Of a stretch of 57,246 nt of DNA, positions 39,498 to 53,065 are shown in pieces. Made by a program: the position numbers and the translations under genes. This DNA is from Octopus bimaculoides. Taxonomy: Eukaryota. The stretch spans positions 89,248,081-89,305,326 of the forward strand of contig NC_068982.1 in NCBI RefSeq assembly GCF_001194135.2, read 5' to 3'. How positions within the stretch are numbered: the first letter of the stretch is position 1; each line of letters opens with the position of its first letter. A model generated the notes under the pieces. That model was given only the letters and a program-made list of their open reading frames with translations. It was not told where the DNA came from and made no database searches.

Positions 39498-39765
39498 TCT
39501 TACTCTTTTACTCTTTTACTTGTTTCAGTCATTTGACTGCGGCCATGCTGGAGCACCGCCTTTAGTCGAGCAAATCGACCCCAGGACTTATTCTTTGTAA
39601 GCCTAGTACTTATTCTATCGGTCTCTTTTTGCCAAACCGCTAGGTTACGGGGACGTGAACACGCCAGCATCGGTTGTCACGCGATGGTGGGGGGGGGGAT
39701 AAACACAGACACGCAAACACACACACATATATATACATATACATATATACATATACATATATACG
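39495..39765 (-). mobile_element. SINE family B, 3' half
   Basis: tactcttttactcttttacttgtttcagtcatttgactgcggccatgctggagcaccgcc. Confidence 0.9.
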
Positions 39766-41411
39766 NNNNNNNNNNNNNNNNNNNNNNNNNNNNNNNNNNN
39801 NNNNNNNNNNNNNNNNNNNNNNNNNNNNNNNNNNNNNNNNNNNNNNNNNNNNNNNNNNNNNNNNNNNNNNNNNNNNNNNNNNNNNNNNNNNNNNNNNNNN
39901 NNNNNNNNNNNNNNNNNNNNNNNNNNNNNNNNNNNNNNNNNNNNNNNNNNNNNNNNNNNNNNNNNNNNNNNNNNNNNNNNNNNNNNNNNNNNNNNNNNNN
40001 NNNNNNNNNNNNNNNNNNNNNNNTATATATATATATATATATATTGTATATGTACACACACACACGCACACACACATACGTATATATATATATAGACACA
40101 CACACACAATTCAATCAATGCCGCTACCCAACAATGGGCTGTGAGACTCACACATATGTATGTAATCAGTGCAATTCAATATTTGTCCATATTATCTATT
40201 ATCGTTTACTTCCTGAAGATGTTGAGCTTTATATTTCTCATTAGATTGTTTTTTTTGTTTTTTTTGTTTTCGGGATATTAATAGCCTGAATGTGATATGT
40301 GCTTTTCATCTTCTTTAAAAGATAAAGCAGACATTAGACGGACAGACACTAGTAGAATGTTAAATAACCAGATGTAACTCTTCAGAGGTACTCTGGAACA
40401 TTTAAGAGAATTAAAAGATAATGTGTAATCAATCAAAGATACAAATTGTTGTGCATATCTTGAACAAGTCAATATTGATTGTAGATTTCAGTCGAGACTT
40501 CCATGTTTCTCACTGAAAAAATATCAGTGATATTTCGAACAAAATACAGATCTACTTTTTCAGTTGAAGAATTGTTAGCTTGTATCTTATTACTTGTATG
40601 AGACAATTAGTTAAATGTAATAAACTATCATGGGTCCTCAGTTCAAATCCTCTATAAATATTTCATTTCATATTCGAACCGGTCAACTTCACACGTTTCA
40701 TGCTATTTAGTTGAGAGCAGGTAACAATGTCAAAGGTAAAAGAAGCTCTTGTTAGCATAAGATACTCTAGAAACAACATTATCGATATAATGATATTCAG
40801 CATTGCCATCATCTTCGTCATCATCATCATTATTACCATCATCATCATTATGATCCATCATCGCCACCACAGCAATGAATATCATCATCATTCAAGCCAA
40901 TGAGGCAGCATTTATGAGACTGGTCAATTGTACTGCTAGATATAGATGTCGAATATTCTTCAATATACGCTCGTTTCTTTAAAAAAAAAACAAGAAGATA
41001 TTGATATTGTTCTATACATATATTTGAAAACAGATAGAATGGTCAAGGCTGAACATCAGCGGCAACACGTCTACCATCACAACACCATCGCAACCAACAG
41101 CACCACCACTGCTAACACTGTTGATATTACTGAAATGATTTCAAGCATACTCATTACATCTCAACTGTCTGCTGTTAATTAACTTATTCAAAATCACAAT
41201 ATCCAGTTACAGGAAATCATGTAAACTATAGTCTCGGGGAAATCATCCGAGAAAACGAAATTAATAAAAGTTATCAAAATATAATTAATTAGGGAGCTCT
41301 TATCAATACAATTTCACAGTGTCGCGAGATTTCTTACATAGTAACATATTCAGTATATTAAGTTTCACAAACGTTGAGCAATTAGTCGAATTTTTTTCTA
41401 TCTATCTATCC

Positions 41412-41471
<60 letters not shown>

Positions 41472-41472
41472 G

Positions 41473-41506
<34 letters not shown>

Positions 41507-41774
41507 GATCGATCGATCGATCGCTCTATTTATCTATCTATCTGTCTATCAGTCTGTCTATCTGTTTATGTATCTATCGATCGATCTCTCAATCTTTCTA
41601 CTTACCTATTTCTCTGCTCTGTCCCAGGGCGAAATTTTCCATTATGTAATTTCATATAGCCGCCGATGGTACAAGTGCTACCTAAGGTAAACTCTTAGAT
41701 TATTTAATCCCTCTTCGCTTACGGACATATGTGTGTGCGTGTATATATACATACATACATACATACATATATAT

Positions 41775-41956
41775 ATATATATAGGGAGAATTCAGAAAAA
41801 AAGCACAACAGACAGGTGGTGTAAGATACAAACCGATGTATTAGTATAACGCTCGGGAATTGAAAAAGTCTTTAACGATTCGAGCCTACGCTCTTCCACA
41901 GAAAGGAACACAGAAAGAAACGAGGAGAGAGAAAAAATGTGTGTAGTGGTTAGCGA

Positions 41957-41960
<4 letters not shown>
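41775..41960 (-). mobile_element. Penelope pseudo-LTR-like / non-autonomous element carrying a hammerhead-like motif
   Basis: Shares acgctcgggaa and the downstream layout with 34075-34300, sits next to (TA)n, and lies downstream of the GIY-YIG fragment on the same strand. Confidence 0.6.
41870..41905 (-). ncRNA. Degenerate minimal hammerhead-ribozyme-like motif
   Basis: Minus strand reads CTTT-CTGTGGA-A-GAGC(GTAG)GCTC-GAATC-GTT-AAAG: perfect 4-bp helix I and helix II, but core substitutions A6>U and A15.1>U. Confidence 0.55.
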
Positions 41961-41997
<37 letters not shown>

Positions 41998-42181
41998 TCC
42001 CAAAATAAAGAAAACTGTGACGAAATACTAGGTTGAGGCTCAGAAAAAATGGAAGTACCTGCGACTTTCTACAGAAAAGATAGATGCGGAGAGAGAGAAA
42101 AGATGGAGAGAGGGAAAACGTGTCTGAGGTAAACGGTCGAGGCATGCTGAAATGAATGAAAGAGAGAGAAGTTAACTTTAT

Positions 42182-42213
<32 letters not shown>

Positions 42214-42339
42214 ACATATATGTATGTGTATACATATATGTGCATGTGTGTGTGTGTACGTGTGTGTATTCACGTTTAGGAAAGGGTTATCCTGGTAGGG
42301 TTACCCTCGGTTATAGGGACTCTTCAAAATATTTGAGTA

Positions 42340-42890
42340 TAAAATATTACTTGTGTATGTAATGTGAGAAGGTTTCATCCCTAATGTTTAAGATGTTATC
42401 TGCTGATTGTATAATGTTTAACTTTTTAGTAATACAGAGTTCTCATTTGGTACCCTGTCCTCTGTATTTTTTGGCTTTAGCAATAATTTTCCATTCAAGC
42501 TGGGGTTTGCTTATTCCAGCTTCTTGTAATATCTTTATCATATTTGATAAGGATGTCACATGTTTTTTGGAAAAACAATGCAACTTCAGATCCCCAAACC
42601 TCTGTCCTCTACACAACAACTGTCTCCAGAAAGAACTCGTATACAAGGCCAAGATCATGGACCCCAACGGAATAGCAAAGACGTTTATCGAAATGACGGG
42701 CAACACGTTCAAGGAAAGGTATGCACAACATCTTGAGTCATTCAGGGACAAAAACAAAGACATGAGACACCACTAACAAATATCATATGGACATTGAAAG
42801 ATGGAATATGCAACGCTAGATAGAATGGAAAATTATTGCTACAGCCCCGAAATACAGAGGACGGGATACTCGAATATTTCAAAGAAGAGT
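42340..42890. mobile_element. Penelope-like element GIY-YIG endonuclease remnants, two fragments head to head: minus 42340-42568, plus 42571-42890
   Basis: Plus: CNFRSPNLCPLHNNCLQKELVYKA...TFIEMTGNTFKERYAQHLESF...IIWTLK...EWKII. Minus: TSLSNMI...LEWKIIAKAKKY...LCITKKL...LNIRDETFS. This is the typical PLE pattern CxC..CPL..CL..VYxA..YIGxT..FKxRY..H..SF. Confidence 0.85.
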
Positions 42891-43191
42891 TACACACACN
42901 NNNNNNNNNNNNNNNNNNNNNNNNNNNNNNNNNNNNNNNNNNNNNNNNNNNNNNNNNNNNNNNNNNNNNNNNNNNNNNNNNNNNNNNNNNNNNNNNNNNN
43001 NNNNNNNNNNNNNNNNNNNNNNNNNNNNNNNNNNNNNNNNNNNNNNNNNNTATGTATGTATGTATGTATGTATGTATGTATTATGTATATGTATATATGT
43101 ATGTATCTATCTATCTATATATATATATATATATATATGTAGATATAAATACATCACATACATATATACATGTATGTGTGTGTGCATGTGT

Positions 43192-43248
<57 letters not shown>

Positions 43249-43513
43249 TGTTTGAAGTGATGTACAGATATTGTATATTAAGAAAAAGGAGGCAGTCATA
43301 ATTTTGAGAGAATGTTTACTACTTCTAGCAGAACGAACGACTGAGTAAATATTCTGTCACTAACTCATCCTACTTAGCGTTTTTATAAATTATATACATA
43401 CATATACACACACATTTTATATATATATATATGTATATATATATATAAGAGACAAGTTAAAAATAATGGTAGTCATTACATATAATTCCTTTATTAGGAC
43501 AAATTTGGCTTAC

Positions 43514-43621
43514 AGCCGTTTCCAGTTGTCATTATAGATAGGTTTACTCAATTGTCTATTGATCAATTGAGGTATATTCAACGACCTAAGAAAGTTAATG
43601 CCACTTTCGTCAGAGTCATTG
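43514..43621 (-). CDS. Candidate internal exon NDSDESGINFLRSLNIPQLINRQLSKPIYNDNWKR(L), 108 bp, phase 2-2
   Basis: Very strong acceptor ctctctctttctctttttccag| and donor CT|gtaagc, one open frame only, non-repetitive sequence. Confidence 0.55.
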
Positions 43622-45019
43622 CTGGAAAAAGAGAAAGAGAGAGCGTGTGCGTGAGAAAGGCGACGGATAATTTCTCGTATATTCGTATACGATGGAATAT
43701 AGTCGAAGTTATCTTCTCAACGTTATGATTACTCTATTTCTCAACACGTAAAACAATTTGACTCAAACACTGAATAACTATGATTGTAACGTGTACTTTC
43801 TCATATTACCCACTTAAACATTGATATACTGGTTTAACGAAAATTCTTAGGTGTCTTGGTCTGACACCTAGCAATGAGCTAATGACGGAAACGAGCAATC
43901 GAACCTTGGAGCCGACAGAGAAACATTCTATCGTCTGGGTGAACTACGACTGTTTGTCGGAAACAGAGGTCACGTTGAAATATCTAAAATAGTTGGAATT
44001 TTCTTTCTATTTATGACCTCAATACATTTAACACTTCACATCTTCCTCGATCACCAAAGTAATCATTTAAATTCTCCAGACTGTTCGAATTATTTTTTGT
44101 CTGGACGCTAACTTTCAAGACAATTCCCATACCGTATTTTCTTGGTTTTGTTTTTGCTACTAAAAATCTTCTAACAGATAGTTAGCTAGTGGAGAAGAAT
44201 TCACTGCTACGTACCATCATTCGGTCAATCGAAGAAAGCCGTCACCTCGACTTTCTTTGATTTTATTTGCATCAACTTCAAATACATCACTGTGAACCTG
44301 AGCTGCATTTTTCTAATTCTGTAACACTGCTTGTATGGTACGAAGCCAAAATTAGATTTCACTCTATAAACAAGGCTGACGACAAACATATATGCGTCAT
44401 TTTGAACGTACAAAATCTATAACTAATTTTAATTTATAACAAAACTTTCCTTGATTGGAGAGATTTGCAGTTTTATAGAATCTACATTTTCTATAACGGT
44501 TTATATAAGCTTGGTATAAGATAAATCTGAAACTAAATAAAATTCAAATCAAAATAGTTGGACTACAGCCCAGTTCTTTCCCTATTTTTATATACATATT
44601 TGCACACACATATATATGTATGTGAGCATGTGTGCTTATATACATATATGGGTGGGTGTATTTATGTATGTTGATATGTATATATACGCACACACATACG
44701 TACATACATACATGCAAACATACTTAGACACACATGCATACATTTATGTGTGTGTATGTGTGTGTGTATGTAAGTATATTTATGTATATTGTTCTGTAGA
44801 AATTTTAAGAATGACCAACACACACACTTACATGGTTGCAAATTTGGGCCTTACGTATGTGCGTCTGAATGTCTTTGCATATACTCATGAATGTGTCTGT
44901 CTGTTTATATCCTATTTTTCTTTTCAACACTTTTCTTTTACTCTTCTCTCTCTCTAAATGTTCCTTTAATCTTTTTTCTCCTTCTGTATACTCTATGTAT
45001 TTCTATATACGTTTGCATA

Positions 45020-45065
<46 letters not shown>

Positions 45066-45169
45066 TGTGTGTGTCTTTGTGTGTGTGAATAGATGTATGT
45101 GTGTGTGTATGTGTATACGTGTGCCTATGTGCAATATTAGTCTCTAAGATATTTCGGAAAATGTGAATA

Positions 45170-45385
45170 TTCTTTTCTACTCTAGGCACAAGTCCCAAAA
45201 TTTTTGGGGAGAGGAAAAGTCGATAAGATGGACCCCAGTACGTAACTGGTACTTAATGTATCGACCCCGAAAGGATGAAAGGTAAAGTCGACCCCGGCAG
45301 AATTCGAACTCAGAACGTAAAGAGAAACGAAATACCACTAAGCATTTCGCCCGGTGTGCTAACGTTTTTGCCAGCTCGCCGCCTT
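45170..45385 (-). mobile_element. SINE family A, full length
   Basis: Matches the other family A copies from head to tail. Confidence 0.9.
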
Positions 45386-46648
45386 CAAAACGTTAATATT
45401 GAAACAAAGAAAGTGACAAAGCTGTGAAGAAGGTTAATTGATAAGAAAGAGCATGAGCATAAAGTGTGGAGTATACACACAGAAAATTATAGATTTTTTC
45501 AAGTATTTGTGTCAGTGTGAGAATGTCTTGTGCACTATCTTACATATGTAAAAAGTACAAAGGATGCATTTAAATCTTCCTGATGTTTAGCAGCTTTTCA
45601 GGTGTGTTTGATATTCAAGCCCGGACGAGAGCACGGTTTTTACCATATAGTATTCTAATCGAGAATAAAGTATACTTTCTATGAGAGGTTATATGATGTT
45701 GCAATACTTAATATTTTTAATGTACTTGATAGTTATATGTGTACATTGTTTACACCTAAAGAGAATATCATGTTCTTGTGTAGCAGTTACTTCAGAGAAA
45801 AAAAAACATATCGGCTTAGATAAGAGCTCTGTCATTGTATATAATTTTGTAGAGTTGTAAGAGAAAGGTGTACATGCTTCTCCAGTACAGGGGTCATTCA
45901 TGTTGGAGACGTCAGTGACTGAAACGCTATTGCAGGAAAGGAAGAAAATCAGAGAGAAAATATCGTTTTCAGGTATTGAGTTGATAGAGTGCTGATCAGA
46001 AAAAGTTCTATAAAAAGGGTCAAGCTGCCAGAAAGCATTTAATCCAATTATTTTGTATCAAAAGGAGCTCGTATATGAGTAGAATATTCTACTGGTATTT
46101 TAAGATAATAATACAAGTTTTCTCAACAGTTCTGTTTTCGTAATTTAGTCGCAAGAGGACTGAGTTTATGTTTGGTGCATGCCTTCTCAGTCTCATTAGA
46201 TCAGTGTAGTTGGCGATAAGTTTGAACTCTTTTAAGAAAAGAAAGAATTCTAGAAGGCTGCATTTCTAAGAAGGAAACATTTCACAAAACAGTTTGTATA
46301 AGATCTGAGGTGTTGAAAGTATAACAGAGATAAAAGGTGGAATTTGGTCAGTGTAGCATTTATACAGAACTAAGTCACCTGTTACTAGCCATCAACCATA
46401 GCTGTTCTCTCTTACAAAGTGGGAATAGTAATGACATCCGACAATTTCTTGAGACCCCGACAATTTCTTTATACTTTTACTACAATATTTTTGGAAACAG
46501 TGTGAGGAGGAAGTGTCTACAAATATTCAAACCAAAAGACAACTATGGTATTGTAACTGATTCTAAACCTGATGTATTTACAATTACCAGAAATGCGTAT
46601 GAGTACAAAACGGTTAACGTAAATAGTTAGAATTAGTTATTAGGGTTA

Positions 46649-47046
46649 GGCGTAGGAGTGGCTGTGTGGTAAGTAGCTTGTTTACCAACCACATGCCCCG
46701 GGTTCAGTCCCACTGCGTGACACCTTGGGCAAGTGTCTTTTACTATAGCCTCGGGCCGACCAAAGCCTTGTGAGTGGATTGGTAGACGAAAACTGAAAGA
46801 AGCCTGTCGTATATATGTATATATATATGTGTGTGTGTGTATATGTTTGTGTGTCTGTGTTTGTCCCCACAGCATCCCTTGACAACCGATGCTGGTGTGT
46901 TAACGTCCCCGTAACTTAGCGGTTCGGCAAAAGAGACCGATAGAATAAGTACCAGGCTTACAAAGTATAAGTCCTGGGGTCGAATTGCTCGACTAAAGGT
47001 GGTGCTCCAGCATGGCCACAGTCAAATGACTGAAACAAGTAAAAGA
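46649..47046 (+). mobile_element. SINE family B, full length
   Basis: Near-identical architecture to 6683-7093. Confidence 0.9.
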
Positions 47047-47410
47047 TTATATAATCTATAGCGGTAAGAGTAAGACCACATGCATTCCTAAATTATTGGA
47101 CTAGGTATCATTGACACAGCTGCAATAGGAAGGCTAAGATATGATACTTGAATAAAGTAGTCGAGTTAATTGCTCAATACATGCATATATAACATACATA
47201 CAGGCTTACATACATACATACTTACATACATACATACTTAACATACATACGTAACATACATGCATACATACACACATGCATNNNNNNNNNNNNTAACATG
47301 CATTCATAACATGCATACATCCACACGTATATGCATACGTACGTAACATACATGCTTAACATACATACATAACATGCATGCATACATACATACATACATG
47401 CATACATACA

Positions 47411-47441
<31 letters not shown>

Positions 47442-47610
47442 CTGGGTACATTCCTTCCTCCTGTATATTTAGATAACCTTAATAAGTTTGTAATCAGTTG
47501 TGAGCAATGTGAATAACTACATATCTAAATTAATGCATCGGAGTACATCTTGTGCCGTTCATGTGTCTAGTTAACATTTACTTAATATACACTATATGTA
47601 TATATGGATT

Positions 47611-47667
<57 letters not shown>

Positions 47668-48833
47668 GTAGGTAGGTAGGTAGTTAGGTAGGTAGGTAGG
47701 GCATGTTAGGGGGATAGATTGATGGATGAATAGCTATTTCAAGTTCTTGTTTCTTTTTTCTTTGTCAATTGCGTGTAATAAAATCGAAAATGATTCATAT
47801 CTGTAATCTAGACAGGAAAACAAAGAGAAAAATATATTTAAAAGATCTGAAATTGAAATTCAGCAAACTTAATAATACCTAAAATTATTTTTAAAATATT
47901 TTAAATTAAGTTCTACAGTAATTTGAATTTATGGAATTTATTTGACGATCTACAAACTTGCAATATTTTAATTCAAACCTCATCTGAAATATAGTTATCT
48001 GATAGGAAAATTTTCTTATGAGACTATTTCTGCGACGAAAAGTCTTCACTTGTCCAAGTGTACACGCACGTGTTAAATATGATTTTACAAGCGTATATTC
48101 TATTCAATGCGACTTCATACGACTTTATTTATATTTAAAATAACACATTTAAATTGAATTTAATTTAAATGTTGAAGTGAATCTAACGGTTTTTGTATGT
48201 TATTTTAAATGGCTTATAAACACCTTCCACGCTGCAATTGTTTTCGTCCAGCACACAATCTCAGATCAGGTCACTTGCTATGCAAGTACACCTCCGTAAT
48301 ATTTATATTTATTTATATCGAAATACTTTTATAAAATCATTCAGTTTTGCTAATTTGAAATTTCAGACTCGTCATTCAAAAAGAAAAAAAGAAAGAAAAG
48401 AAAAAAAATAGATGAAAAGCGGTCAATATTCCTCGCTGTTTGTGATATATAATCATGAACAGTTGTGTTGTTGTTGCTATTGTTGTCGTATTTGTTGTGT
48501 TGGCCAGGTTAAGGCTTATGAACAGATTTCTAGTGCAGAGGTATTTGGTGGGCGATAAGATGGAACCCAATAATCTATGCTGCTGTTTGCGTTGTTCTTG
48601 TTGCTTAACCCCAGTTTAGAAATCTTTTTATGGGCATCTACGACCTCATGGTCTGACGTGTCTCTTCCATTATTTCAAGACGATGGGTGTGATTCGAGGT
48701 AACAAAGTGGATTTGCCTGCTATTCTTAGCAGGCCGTGCGGCCACGTAGAGGATCCCACATTCGGCATGGACTCACATATCTATTTGTGAAGGATTTTGT
48801 TGGAAGAATCAAGAAATTTTTAAAAACATGTTT

Positions 48834-48893
<60 letters not shown>

Positions 48894-50018
48894 AGCAAAC
48901 AAACAATAGCACATAATATATCGGATAAATATAGCCCTTACACAGAAAAAAAGTTACCAGCATTCTCCAAAGAATTGAACCACTAGTCTCCGTTCACTGG
49001 GCTGTTGCCATAAACCGCTGAACAGCTATGATACTCGTATATTTTGTTAAAACCACCATATCTCACACACTCTGCCATACTTTGTATTAACTGTATAGTA
49101 ATCAGTGTAGCAGTCAGGACATGCTTCATTTTTAAACACCAGATATTTTTAAAGTTTGTTTATTGTGTGGTATTTCTTTTCAGTGACAGCTTTAAAATTT
49201 CAAGACTCTATATATACGCAAGAATTTACTATTTTTAATCTTTCAAATACAGCACCTTTGTTGATATCACTAGAACTATTTCTTATTTACAAACTGATAT
49301 CTGTTCTATGGCATATTCATTACCAAATTGGACGATAAATTACTCTAACTTTATTGGTTTCCTATTTGTTGAATACCAAAGTAAGTCTAGTACTAACACT
49401 TAAAGAAAGAGAAAAAATAATACAACCACATTAAAAAGGTGTGGAGAGAATAAAATAAAATGAAGTATATTATACTGTATCAGAAATTGTATAGAAAGGT
49501 CGGATTGTTAGATAAAAGTTGAGATAAGTCAGCGAGTCTGCGAGCTGATATCAGAATACCAAATTCAACAACAGCTGCATATAGAGCAAGCGCTTACTTA
49601 AAATAGATTTGGAAATGGATGTCATGTCCCGAGAGCCAAAGTGTTACAAAAACAGGCATGAAGAGTAAAAGTTAACTGTCCTACTACAGTAATATAGAGA
49701 TGCTTCTCATACTGATGAACACATGCAAACTCACACAGAAACGCATATACACGGTTATACCTGTGTGACGCTCATGCACGACACACATACACACACATAA
49801 ACACAGTCATACGCACACACATAAGGACATATTCGAATATAGCTATATATGTATGTATAAACATATAGGTAAATATAGTATAGAAAACTTCTTAGGAAGA
49901 TAGATGCATACATGCATTTATGTGTGCATTATCTGCCTAAATATCAGTGTTACCTACCTAACTACCTATATATATGTATACACACACACATATATATATA
50001 TATAGAGAGAAAGATAGT

Positions 50019-50106
<88 letters not shown>

Positions 50107-50110
50107 AATT

Positions 50111-50165
<55 letters not shown>

Positions 50166-50533
50166 AAAGAGACGAAGTAGAAGAGATAGAGAACTGTAAT
50201 GGTAGCTTTGTACTTTATAAATCAGGGTCTGGTTCATTTAACTTCAAAACATGCCAGTATTGACTTCGTCTTTCATCATTAACAAAATCAGACGTGGAAT
50301 CTATCCATTATATGGTGAAGTTTCTCGTAAATCATCAGCTGGATATATAATGTATAGCTATACACACGTATACGAAAACACACACACACACATGCACACA
50401 CACACACACACACACAAAGAGATGCACACACACACAAAGAGATGCACACACACACAAACATAAATATATATATATTTATGCATACACATATATATGTATG
50501 CGTATACCTCCATGTATATGTATCTTTATATAT

Positions 50534-50613
<80 letters not shown>

Positions 50614-50941
50614 TCACACACCTACATATATATATATGTATATATGTATATATGTATTTCACGTTCGCATCTTAATTCAACTAAAAATAAATATAAGGTT
50701 TCATCAAGAGAATGCTTAATAAAAATCCCAAATGACTGAAATAAACAAGAAGTATTTCAACGCATTTACGAAACCTAAAACGGAAATTGAAGAAATCTTG
50801 AGCATAACATACAAAGTAGATAAGTATATGTTAGCTTATATATATTAGCAGTAATCCGAGATGCACTTTTGCATATTTCTACTAACAGAAATTACATGCT
50901 ACACTGTCGTACATTTGTTTAATGAAAATCATTAACTAAAG

Positions 50942-51130
50942 CAGTGGTTCTCAATCGGGGTCCATATAAGAGTTTGGGAATCCACACAAGCAAAATCGTA
51001 AACGAGATCAACTGTAGTATTTTAAGTGTCCATGAAATCTTTTGAACCGATGTATTTTTTGTAAGAAATATCCTTGCCTTTAGAAATATGTGACAGATAT
51101 ATTTTAACTCACCTAAAGTTCGCCGATACT
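50942..51130 (+). mobile_element. hAT-type MITE 5' end (partial)
   Basis: Starts CAGTGGTTCTCAA, a Charlie-like TIR. No partner TIR was seen. Confidence 0.45.
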
Positions 51131-51141
51131 GCTCAATATAT

Positions 51142-51279
51142 AAAACTTAGATAAAACTTAGATTTGTTTCGACCAAAGATTAGTCTAGGCCATATCTAAC
51201 TTAATAGCACCACCTGATAGGATTATCTAAATCTTTTTTACAGTCAAGTTTGGTCTATGGTCCATTCAAGTAGTGAGTT

Positions 51280-51282
<3 letters not shown>
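51142..51282 (-). mobile_element. Short 3'-UTR fragment of the same CR1/L2-type LINE as 24511-25920
   Basis: aaacttagat(a)aaacttagat..gtttcgaccaaagat..ggccat..ctaactta..gcaccacctgataggattatctaaatc aligns with 24521-24615. Confidence 0.85.
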
Positions 51283-51315
<33 letters not shown>

Positions 51316-51356
51316 CACATATATACATACATACATATATATACATACATATACAT

Positions 51357-51407
<51 letters not shown>

Positions 51408-52035
51408 CATAGACTTGAAAAATTGTTAAGATATTAAGATATTTTTCTTAACATGAAACCTGTGGTAGCCTTAATACACAAATAAAGAAATTCTATCCAC
51501 CAATGCGGTGTTGAGCACTCATTCTCGTCGTTCGACATTTACGTGCGTGTGTGTGCGCGCGCGCGCGTACATGTGTATGTACATATATATGTATGTGTAT
51601 ATGTATGTATCAGATAGACAGATAGATATAGATATAGCTGTATATGTTATATATACGCATACATATATACATATATGTACATATATATATATTTGTGTGC
51701 ATGTGTGTGTATGTGTGTATGTGTGTGTGTGATTCAACGATCCGAGATGTTTTGTATGAACGGTATAGTAGAAAACGAAAGAGATAGCAAGGGAGGGGAG
51801 ATGAGACATAGAATAAGAAGCTCATCTGACCTCTGCTGACTGGTTGTTAGTCGATTTGTATTAAACCTAAAGGGACTATCAGAGCATCGTACGATAAGAA
51901 ACTCTCAGTATTTCATTATGATTTTGTTGTTTATGTATTCATGACATGTACCTACGTCATGGTATATGTTTGCAGTATGGACACTGGTTCAGTTAATGTT
52001 AAATGCTATATCAATAAACACTGTGATGTGATCTA

Positions 52036-52790
52036 AAGTAGAGAGCCGGCAGAATCGTTAGTACACAGGACAAAATGCTTAACTACATTCGAGTCGGTTT
52101 TACGTTCTGAGTTCAAATTTCACTGAGGTCTACATTGCCTTTCATCCCTTCGGGACCGATAAAATAAATAGCAGTAAAGCAGCTGGGTTGATGTAGTCGA
52201 CAAGCCTCCTACCCAAAAATTTCAGTCCTTGTGCCTATAGTAAAAGGAAAAACAAATAGTCATTATGACGCTATTTGAACTGCTAGCCTTTCATTTACTG
52301 GTTTCGTTCATTCTCTGTAGATTTCAATATCTTGCGCTTTCGTTAAGGCGGTGAGCATGCTGGGCGAAACGCTTAGCGGTATTTTGTCCGTCTTTACAAT
52401 CTCAGTTCAAATTCAGCCAAGGTCGACTTAACCTTCCATCCTTTCTGAGATCTATAAAATAAGAACCAATTGAGCACTGTCGTTGATGCAATCGACTTAC
52501 CCACTCACCCGAAATTTCAGGCAATGTGTCTATAGTAGAAAGGAATATCTTGCGTGTTCGTAAGATGGTTAACTTACAGAATCTTTATCACGTTGGAAGA
52601 AAAAGTACTTTGCCAAATTTGTTTCGGCTCTTTACGGTCTGAGTTCAAATCTCCCCGAGATCAAATTTGCCCTTCATCTTTTCTGCGTCGATAAAATAAA
52701 GTACGAATCAAGCATTGAGTCAATAATATCCATTTATTCCCGCCCACTCAAAATTGTTGGACATGCCAAAGTCAGAAACCATTTTCTTGC
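52036..52790 (+). mobile_element. Three consecutive diverged family A SINEs
   Basis: Three gagttcaaat...catcc...ataaaataa units. Confidence 0.85.
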
Positions 52791-52964
52791 GCTTTCATAA
52801 GGTTTTGTCTTTGATATTTAATTCTATTTTTTCACTGTTTATAAGAAATATTTCAATATACTAAGAAAACTATGATTGAAGCTTGCTCATTCACAAACAG
52901 TTAATCCTTATCCACTACATCAGATACAAAGAAAAGACACCTGGGATGTTTGGAGGGTAGAAAA

Positions 52965-53065
52965 CGGGATCTTTGGAAAGATGAAAGAAGCTTTTGCTGA
53001 TTGCCACAAGGATAGTTATTACGTTATTTATTACAAATCGTTTATTAGATCTCATCTTGAAATAT
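52965..53065 (+). mobile_element. Possible old CR1/L2-type LINE fragment
   Basis: IFGKMKEAF...IYYKSFIRSHLE resembles LGxIxRxF...LYKxxVRPHLEY. Confidence 0.35.

Larger units (their letters stand above)
2814..47293. other. Twelve assembly gaps (N-runs)
   Basis: 2814-3536, 8318-8931, 12069-12408, 21178-21187, 21953-22010, 23719-24510, 28442-28588, 33128-33930, 36736-37170, 39766-40023, 42900-43050 and 47282-47293. Most are bordered by (TA)n, (TG)n or (CT)n. Confidence 0.99.

Noticed and set aside
45780-46620. About 0.8 kb of complex non-microsatellite sequence with short ORFs
   Set aside because: All frames are interrupted and no motif was confidently recognised; it needs a translated search against transposon proteins.
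47728-47810. Strong minus-strand acceptors with short open frames (also near 50700-50780 and 44214-44330)
   Set aside because: Such sites are common by chance in AT-rich DNA, and they could not be linked in phase or by homology.
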